Source of the DNA: Eledone cirrhosa
Taxonomy: Eukaryota
NCBI GenBank assembly: GCA_964016885.1
Contig: OZ024746.1
Coordinates: 18,414,001-18,478,000 of the forward strand
DNA length: 64,000 nt
Direction of reading: 5' to 3'
Positions 56,001 to 64,000 of this stretch are shown piece by piece. The notes under the pieces were generated by a model. That model was given only the letters and a program-made list of their open reading frames with translations. It was not told the DNA's origin and made no database searches. Each line of letters starts with the position of its first letter. Within the stretch, counting starts at the first letter, position 1. A program made the translations under genes and the position numbers.

Positions 56001-56979
56001 CTGTGACTCCTAAGGGAGTGTAGGGGTATATCTAGAGCACTTTTTAAAACCTGGCAGAGCCCATCTTCTCTCCAGGTCTGAATACAGCAGATTTCTTCCA
56101 GAGAAGGATAGAGCATGAGAAAATGAAAGCGAGAAAGAGATATAGAGGAAGAATTGACCCCAGTACTAAACTGGTACTTTTTTTTATCAACCTTGAATGT
56201 ATGAAAGGCAAAATTGACTGTGTACATATAATTACTGAATTTTTGTTTTAAGGAGTAAATTAAATGTAAAATAAACTCCAAAAAATTAACCAAGACTTTG
56301 TGAGAGTTTCTCCACTGTCTTTGATCATGATCATTCTATTGTTCAAACAACTGAACACCTGATTCATAAATCAACGTGGAAGTAGCTTAGCTGAGTATTT
56401 TACAAAAATATGTACCCTCACCTTTCATTACTGTATTTCTTATGAAAGACACTGCTTGTGATTTTCAAATAACTTTCTTGTTACAAAGCTTGTGTTTGCT
56501 ACATAACTTAAAGGCCCTTATATAAAATTCTGATGGAAAGTTTTTAGAAAAATATAAACACTTTAAAGCACGAAGTTTTGTAATGTAGAACCAGGGATGA
56601 TTTCAAGTGGTTGGTATCAAAACAGTTAATGTATTTCCAAAGCCGAATCAATGTGACACAGTTTTCGTTTATCTAATTTTACTCAAAAAGCTTAGTTTGA
56701 CCCAAAGCTATGCTGAAGATGCAGTGGAATCAAACCCATGACCTCATGATTGTGAAGGGAACTTTTTTACCAATCAGTCATACCAGTTTATGTGTGATTG
56801 TGTGTAAGAAGTTTTCATTGACCACATAGTTTAACTTAGAAAACTAATTTATAAAATGAATCACATCTGTATAGTTTTCCTCTTAAAGTAAACTAGTTGC
56901 TTAATATAATTATAAATAAACTTTTACAACGATGAATGTAAACCGCCATATGAAGTGTGTGTGTATATGTATGTATGTA

Positions 56980-57011
<32 letters not shown>

Positions 57012-59361
57012 GTCGATGGCTGTGTGTGTGAAAGGTCAGCGGCGGCTGTGCATGTGTATATATATGAAAGGTAAGTGGCTGCATGTGTGTGTGTATATGA
57101 AAGGTATGTGGCTGCAGATGATTTGCTCCTGATATATTATCCCATTGAACTTTCAGACAATTTCATATGCACCTGACAATGTGAACAATGAGAAAGGAGT
57201 GTTTACTTTCAGGTATGTTGATGTATGATGTTAATATTATTATTATTATGTAGTTCCATTGATCACATCCTAACAAGTTAGCTTTCATTTTATAAAATAA
57301 CTTTTTTCTTAATTTATTCTTTGTTTCTTTAATTGGTAAATAATCATCATTTCTACCTTGATCAGTGTGTATAAAACAAATAAATATGTCTTTTTTAAAA
57401 AATTTATTCTCTTTCAAATAGCAACAAACGCTGTCCAGAATTGGCTGGCAAGTTCAGTATTATGTTTGTATATTATGATGGAAAATATAATGTAGATAGC
57501 GAAGTGGTGAGTTTACCTTCCTATTTATGTATTTAGAGTAAATTTATTTAGTGGTTTAAAATTGTGTTTCTATATTAACTTGAATCTAACTTATGATGGT
57601 AAAGGTAAACATGATCAGATTATGCCAATGATCGATTGATCAAATTGACAACATCCCTCACCTCATTTGGTTACTGAGTAGGGGGGAACTTGTCAAATCA
57701 GACCAAGGAAACAGTGTTTCCATTGGTCTTTCCATTGCTGATGCTATCTACCGGCTACAACACCTGGCAGAAGGAGTATTGTGAAATAAAGTTTCTTGCT
57801 CAAGGACATAATGCATCGTCTGGCCTGGGAATCAAACTCACAACCTCACAATTGCGAATCCAATTCCCTAACCAATAAGGCGCACACCTTGATATATATA
57901 AACTTAAGTGTCTTGTGTATGCTGGAGAAATTTGATACTTGTACAAATTTATATAAAGAATATTTTCAAAGTGTTGTCAATTCTTTTTTGTGGCTTTGTA
58001 ACCTTTATTGTTCTTTTTTTTTATCTGTAATTTATGTTTGTGTGTTGTTTGGTTGGCTTGGTTTGCTTTAAAAAACAAAGTTATCAAATATTTGTTTCAT
58101 GAGAATTTATTTACAATTAGGCAAATTATCTGTATTGTGTGACTGTGTGATGATTGTGTTGTGTGACTGTTGTGTTTAAATTGTGTTGTGTGACTGTGTG
58201 ATGATTGTGTTGTGTTTAACTTGTGTGACTGTTGTATTTAAATTGTGTGGCTGTTGTGTTTAAATTGTGTGGCTGTTGTGTTTACATTGTGTGACTGTTG
58301 TGTTTACATTGTGTGACTGTTGTGTTTAAATGGTGTGGCTGTTGTGTTTAAATTGTGTGGCTGTTGTGTTTAAATTGTGTGGCTGTTGTGTTTACATTGT
58401 GTGACTGTTGTGTTTAAATGGTGTGGCAGTGTTCTGCTTAAATTGTGTGACTGAGTTGTGTTTAAATGGTGTGGCTGTGTTGTCTTTTGTAACAATTGAT
58501 TTGTGTTTACCCGTGAACAATGTATAAGAACTACAAGTTATTGTAATTGTCTTTTCTTCCCCATAGATCTCACTCACTGTACTCCCTAGTGTGCCAACCA
58601 AATTAGTGCCATTAGAGACACTGGGGACTCCTACAGTGAGCAATTCAAAGAATAATACCAGTCGTTGCCTAATTGAATCTCTCCTCCTTGAGCTCAGGGT
58701 AAATATTTTTTCTTCATTTATTTTACTTTGAAAATTTCCCTAATTTCTTATCGAATTATAAGTTATTTAATGACATATTTTAATATGCTTTTAGGATCAG
58801 TTTGATAATCCAGTTGAGCCCAAATTTGACGGGTCAGTCAAAATAGTTGTTCAAGCCCAAGATGATGTGGATGAGATTCCTGCATTTTTGGGAGGTTATA
58901 AACAACATATGATTCCATTACACAAAGGGCGAGCCCTCTTACAGGTAAAGTTTTCATCCAAAAATATTTTTTAAAACCTAATTTTGGGTTCAAACATGTT
59001 CTTTACACTAACCATGGCTTCCATTACTTATTTGGTTTTTACAGTTAAGTCATTCATTTTATTTGTTTTATTCTATTTCTGTTTATAGTTACTAATACTA
59101 GTAATTTCAGTTTTGATTAATTAAACAGATATCTTCTTACCTTTGAAAAGAAGTTATATATTTTACTTTTTTCATTTTCTTTATTTTCTTAATGTGACAC
59201 TTTTGGTACTGGGTGGTACCTTTTGATTTTCTAGAAAATTACCTTACAAGAAAATACACCAGGCAAAGATGGTTTTGAATACATCTTATCATGCACAGTA
59301 TCCTCGCAGAACCTTAAAGAAAAGATTGCACCTTTGGAGATTCCTTTCTTGTTCTATAATG
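38064..59361 (+). CDS. SMCHD1: SMCHD1, 28 internal exons (~1102 aa: end of transducer, BAH-like domain, Ig-like linker)
   Basis: Phase-consistent exons: 38064-38177, 39275-39469, 39887-40000, 40131-40237, 41087-41169, 42169-42279, 43179-43256, 43938-44057, 44250-44394, 44511-44610, 45766-45835, 46422-46558, 47155-47289, 48323-48500, 49703-49770, 49889-50034, 50283-50412, 50780-50860, 51789-51947, 52591-52716, 53339-53418, 53779-53939, 55649-55767, 57157-57212, 57422-57506, 58567-58698, 58795-58944, 59235-59361. Colinear with human SMCHD1 motifs: [81 protein letters not shown]. Confidence 0.95.
41212..41545 (+). mobile_element. SINE with ~3 internal 47-48-bp units and an RTE-like tail
   Basis: Repeats of AAAAAGCACCCAGTCCACTCTGTAAAGTGGTCGTGTTGGTGACA, then GGAAGGGCATCCAGCC, then ACCCATGCTAGCATGGAAAATGGACATTAAA and (GAT)n. 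Confidence 0.75.
45515..45715 (+). mobile_element. tRNA-derived SINE (GTTCAAATCCC..GAGGTTAGCTTTGCCTTTCATC..GATAAAATAAAGTACCAG family)
   Basis: Other copies at 1360-1470, 20635-20735, 52330-52430, 52780-52970, 53455-53675 and 61200-61405. A longer-tailed subfamily occurs at 4610-4800 and 42315-42650 (+), and at 16735-16990 and 55990-56220 (-). Confidence 0.75.
46850..47136 (-). mobile_element. RTE/RTE-X LINE 3' fragment abutting an SMCHD1 acceptor
   Basis: Minus-strand ORF reads [39 protein letters not shown]. Confidence 0.8.
50500..50630 (+). repeat. ~19-bp AT-rich minisatellite (ATTAAATATAATTTGTTR)n
   Basis: Directly visible tandem array. Confidence 0.7.
51170..51615 (-). repeat. 48-bp minisatellite (~9 units) inside a SINE
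   Basis: Unit CACTTTACAGTGTGTGTTGGGTGCTTTTTGACGTGACACCTATGCAAT. It is contiguous with the SINE 3' part at 51040-51170. The same unit occurs on the opposite strand at 41212-41370 and 9120-9240. Confidence 0.92.
55365..55545. mobile_element. Fold-back / MITE hairpin
   Basis: Arm 55371-55434 is an imperfect reverse complement of 55474-55540. A related single arm lies at 63575-63670. Confidence 0.65.
58130..58490 (+). repeat. ~22-bp minisatellite (TTGTGTGRCTGTTGTGTTTAAA)n
   Basis: Directly visible tandem array in an SMCHD1 intron. Confidence 0.9.
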
Positions 59362-60744
59362 GTAAGTTGCTAATTTTCTGCATAACATTCTATTATTTTA
59401 GCATGCAACATTTTTTTTGTCCACTTGCATGTGGTTGACTGTGTTTTCAATATATATATATAGAGAGAGAGAGTCAATACACACTACAGTAAACTTTCTG
59501 ATATTCTTAAGAGTATATATTTGTTCACTACAAAGTTTCCAGTTTTTGAATTTCTGACATTGTCTTTCATTTGTTTCTGGAATTAGTCTAATTAGTTATA
59601 CCTATCTTAATCAAACCAGTGACCTTATGCCAATGAAGAAATCAAAATTATGACTACCTTGCAGTCCACATTCAGTTTGCCAAATTTGGAGAATGGGTCA
59701 CGGGTTTGTATAGCAGGAGTCATGAGTGCAGGTTAGCATTCAGTTTAAGGTGTTTGCTCAGTATTTTGTGGACAGACAGGAGTAATAATGGTCTTATTTA
59801 CCTTAACTATTATTGATTGACTAACAGGAAGGGGAGACTTTGTTTGTAGAAGATGCACAGAGGTAACTGAATTGAAGCTTAACAACAAAAGTTTAAAGGG
59901 ATGCGACTTGTTCTCCCACCTTGTTGCTTTCGCCACAAACCACAACGCAGAGGAGAGGAAGATAGGTAAATATCAGGGCCCGACTGACCACTTCTTCTTT
60001 GCATTGGTCTCTGGCATTGTTGGTCCCTACACTGCTGATTTCCTCCATAAAATCAGAAAGACAACAGTCCATTTCTAGAGGGAATCTCGCGAAGTGAGAT
60101 GGGGGTCGTTGTTGCAGCCATTTTACACGGTAATGCCTTTGCCATTTTGTCTGCAGGGTGCAGCTGAAGCACCACACAGACTGAGGTGTAGTGTCTATCC
60201 CTATCCCTCTCTTTCGTTGCTAAATTCTTTTTTCTTTTTTTTCTTTTCATTTCCTTTTTTGTTCCCTTTAATAGTGTGTTTTGTTTTTGTATAAACAGCT
60301 TTGTAAAATGGAAAAAAAAAAAGTTAAATTTTAATAAACCTTAGGAAATTCAATTCACAGACTTGGGGATAAGATATATATCTGTACACTAATAAAGATA
60401 CTGTAAACATTTGAATTAATAAACCTGATTTTACCTATTTCTTGCTAAATCATCATTACAAGATAAGATTTAAGGAATAATGGTTATGAGATAATAACCT
60501 GAATTTAGAAGACTTTCAACAATGGGGTTTGGAATGAGAAAGGTTTCTGTTAAAACAAATAAAACCAATTGAAAATAAATACAAAAAAAGGAGCAGTCAA
60601 TTGATTGACTTTATTGATAAATGTATGAAGATATATTTTAAATATTTAAAATAATTCCATTCCTTTAGATTGTAATTGAATAGATTGATGATTGCGTTTC
60701 AGTAAATTTGTACTAAGTTTAGTCTTCATCATCCATCTGCATGT

Positions 60745-63700
60745 TTAGGACAAACACATCATAAGTAAGCTTTCAGTACACTTGCACGCTTTATATTGGC
60801 ACTTTGATCTGGTCATTACTGCAATTTTTCTGTACAAGACACACAAAATAGCATTTCTGGTGAATTTCAGTGAAAGATATTGTATTTAAGACAATTATTT
60901 AAAGAATGAAAATTTGCTGTTTTAAATAGTATATGTATTGTGAATATTGTGGACATGGGATTTATAACACTCCGTTAAGTCCTCATATCATAATATACTC
61001 TAAATGCACTGCCTGGAAAAGTTGGTATGGTCACAGCTGGAATGCTTATAATCATGTCTGCTCTATCACAGCTGATATTGGACTACACTTAACCCTTTCA
61101 TTGCCATATTTCTTATAAAAAATACTGCCTGTGGTTTTCAAATAATTTTGAAAATAATCAAGAGTAGCTTACATTATTAAGTTGGTGTTTGTTTCAGAGC
61201 AGTGGATTGGCAATAATAGGTAGAGATTTGGACAACATGCTGTGTGGCATGTAGTTATGGCCTTTTGCATCCAGGGTTCAAATCCTGCCAAAGTTAGCTT
61301 TGGCTTTCATCATTATGAGGGTCAATAAAATAAAGCACCAGTAATGCACTGGGGTTGATATAATTGACTTTCCCCTGTGCCTAAATCAGAAACCATTATT
61401 ATTATTGTTACTTAAACAGAGCAATTGCAGGATCAATAAAGCACCAAAATAAGTACTTTACAGTAAAATACCAGTAATTTAATGAGGTTTGTTCAGTCAC
61501 CTGTCATTTAGATATTGAGCTTAATGGTGAAAACCATTATTTATACAACACTGCTCAATACATCTCCAATATAATCAAATCTAATGCTAATTTCAGTAGA
61601 ATATCTTCATGTTAACAGCTTGATGTTTTAGAAAAGATCAGGCAAAAGTTTTCTCACCATATACTTGATAAATGGGATTAGATGACACTAAGACTTTATG
61701 TGTAACTATGTCTAGTTGAACATGTGTAAGCTTGCCTTCTTAATCTTGATTTCAACTAATATTTGTTCAGAAGAGGTTGGCTGACTAATCTTACAAAGCT
61801 GCTCACAATGTTAATCAATAAACTCTCCACATATAGCTGTGTTACTATTGATCTCATTATTGGGAACTAACATTTTCAACCCTCCACATATAATTGTTAC
61901 TATTGATCTCTGTATTGGGAACTAACATTGTGAAACCTCAAAGAAAGAAAAGGCAATAATTCCTTAATATTGATTTTGTTTCCAATGTCAGTGCATGGCC
62001 TAGTGGTAAGGGTGTTGGACTTATGATTATAGTGTCGTAGGTTTGATTCCTGGACTGAGTTGTGCTGTGTTTTTCAGCAAACCACTTCATTTCACATTGC
62101 TCCAGTATACTCAGCTGAAAATAAGCACCAGCAATAGCTGAGGTTTTAACCCTATGATGGACTAGTGTGCTGTCCAAGGGAAGTCTTGTACTCTCAGTTG
62201 CTTCACGCCATGGAAACGGGGATACAAACTGGTCTGATGAGCCTCTGGGCTCGAGACTGACTTCAAACTTCCAATGTCAATATAGTGCTGTTAACAGACT
62301 ACAATTAACAAAACAAGTTTAAGTTGTGAATTAATGTCACTTAACTTTGTTAGTACCTTAAGTATATATAGCTTCACCAGTTTGTGACTTATAGAAGCAA
62401 GCTCACATCACATGAGTGTAAATATTATAAAAAGATTGTAAATCTTGTTATATTTGAAAATGTCTTAACTATTGTTGTTGTGAGTTAGTAGTAGATGTTT
62501 CATCTCTAACAGAACTATAACATGAATGTCGCCAGTTGAATAAACTATTCCTTTGTTTCTAGTCGTAGCCATCTATTTTTATTATAAGGGGTTTTATCCT
62601 AAAATATGGGTCTTAAATAAATGACCAATTTAAACATTGAAAGAGGTTTATGCTGCTATGTTGAATATATTGATCTATTTTACAGAAACATTGAATTGGA
62701 ATGCAATGGGTTGCCTTAAATGTGTATAAATTAATTGTTTTTACCTGTGATACATAGTAAAAGCAATTTATGATATTATTTGCCATTTATGAAGGCGCAT
62801 GAATTAGTGGTTAGGTAAATGGATTGCAAGTTCAATTCCCGGACTGGGCAATGCATTATGTCCTTGATCAAGACACTTTATTTCACTTTGCTCTTTCTGC
62901 CAGGAGTTGTGACTGGTAGATAGTATCAGCATTGGAAAGACCAATGGAAACATTGTTTCCTTGGTCTGAATGAGGTCTGGGATCTAGTTGATTATTTCCT
63001 AAAATAAATGGTAAATGATAAATTGTAAAAAGTACACTCACCCTGATAAGTGGTAGGTTTGTAAAGTTATGTATCCATTTTCAAGAGTATAATTTCTAAA
63101 AAAAGGAGTACACGTGTTGTCATCTTTTGCTGTAAGCACGTGCAAGCAGCCACTGGCTCCATTATCTTCCGATACAGGTGGTGCAGGCAGACTGATATTT
63201 ATAGGAATGGTAAATGGAACATCACTATTTGGGGTTAACATTACAGCAACACTAATGGAAAGTATATTATTGAGTTGAGGGTCTTGTATTTGAGCTGACA
63301 GCATAGCATCTTCACTGATACTGACAATCTATAAATCACCAGGAAAAAGAAGCACATTTATTTATCACATGTTAAATTCTCAAAAGGTAATAATAGCAAA
63401 TTGATTACATGGAATAAAATAGTTTTAGTTGATGTAAAGTGTTTGGAAATATGCAGATTTGAGAAATTTCCTTTGGAATGTTTTTATTTGTTTTATAGTA
63501 TTGTTTCATTTGAAAAATATATTTGTATACAGTTTTTAAAATAATTTATACTTAGTATAGTTAATATGAAGCATTGTGAGATATGTAATAAATGACTGGT
63601 TTCAGAAAGCCAGTACAATGTGGAAATATATAAAAGGTAAAGGATGATAAATAAAACAAAATAAATCCTACCAGATTTCTATATTCATAACATATTGTGA

Positions 63701-63984
63701 CATATTTTTAAACAATGCTTGTCGACCTTGAACTATATTTTATAGCCTATGAATTTTCCTCACTCACCTGCATGATTACCTGCAGATGTTGTTCAACATT
63801 ATCTCTTGGTATACATAAAGTTATGTTTGAGCCATCAGATGAAACAAATTCTCCTCCTCCTCGAGATATGCTGAATATCTCTTTAAATACTTTCACCAGA
63901 CCATGGGGTCTTGGATTAGCAGTTTCTTTAGAGTGATTACAGCTGCATGAAATATTTTCTTCCAAATTAAACTGGACAGTTGGC
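60745..63984 (-). CDS. 3' exons of a ZU5-domain protein gene (DTHD1/PIDD/ankyrin-like ZU5 repeat)
   Basis: Exon 63984-63768 (...ISRGGGEFVSSDGSNITLCIPRDNVEQHLQVIMQ). Exon 63328-63042 (...SISVAVMLTPNSDVPFTIPINISLPAP...GYITLQTYHLSG). Probable terminal exon 60829-60745 (KIAVMTRSKCQYKACKCTESLLMMCLS*). Phases fit, and AATAAA lies on the - strand at 60615-60610. The GG...xIP...F..PI.I.LP...H(F/L)S pattern is ZU5-like. Confidence 0.7.
61990..62270 (+). mobile_element. Full-length tRNA-derived SINE with CORE/Deu/Nin-like domains
   Basis: A and B boxes, then TTTCACATTGCTCCAG..CTCAGCTGAAAATAAGCACCAGC, CCCTATGATGGACTAG and CTCAGTTGCTTCACGCCATGGAAAC. Related copies at 13310-13490 (+), 20930-21205 (-) and 5140-5250 (-). 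Confidence 0.7.
62790..62990 (+). mobile_element. tRNA/CORE SINE variant with a GACCAATGGAAACATTGTTTCCTTGGTC body
   Basis: Other copies at 47790-47945 (+) and, on the - strand, 57650-57890, 46020-46205, 40790-40995, 16295-16530 and 2915-3000. Confidence 0.7.
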
Positions 63985-64000
63985 CTACAAGAAAATGTGT

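Noticed and set aside
62559-62598. Alternative terminal exon for the ZU5 gene (IKPLIIKIDGYD*)
   Set aside because: The phase fits, but the acceptor is weaker and no nearby AATAAA was found. Exon 60829-60745 is preferred, though this one is not excluded.

Overview
AT-rich, intron-rich animal DNA. The SINE and microsatellite content suggests a coleoid cephalopod (octopus-like); this is an inference. I assembled four spliced genes by hand, checking GT-AG boundaries and exon phases. (1) The last 3 coding exons of the HECT ligase HACE1 (+, stop at 2381). (2) A complete NUP35/Nup53 gene (-, 10 coding exons, 351 aa), convergent with HACE1. (3) An SMCHD1 orthologue (+): exon 1 at 21719 and 28 further exons from 38064 to 59361. 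Its GHKL-ATPase exons appear lost in a 200-N gap and its hinge exons are not in the window. (4) The 3' end of an antisense ZU5-domain gene, apparently nested in an SMCHD1 intron. SMCHD1 intron 1 holds a ~12 kb (TA)n/(TATG)n array. Inside or next to it are a young RTE LINE with three C-terminal C2H2 fingers, a non-autonomous RTE derivative, and an island with a perfect 40-bp palindrome plus a hammerhead-like core. Other elements include tRNA-derived SINEs (one family carries a 48-bp VNTR), MITEs, RTE and Gypsy relics, and a tRNA-Asp pseudogene. The long Y/I/M/C/V ORFs in the ORF track are microsatellite artefacts. Homology calls come from recalled sequence motifs, not database searches.
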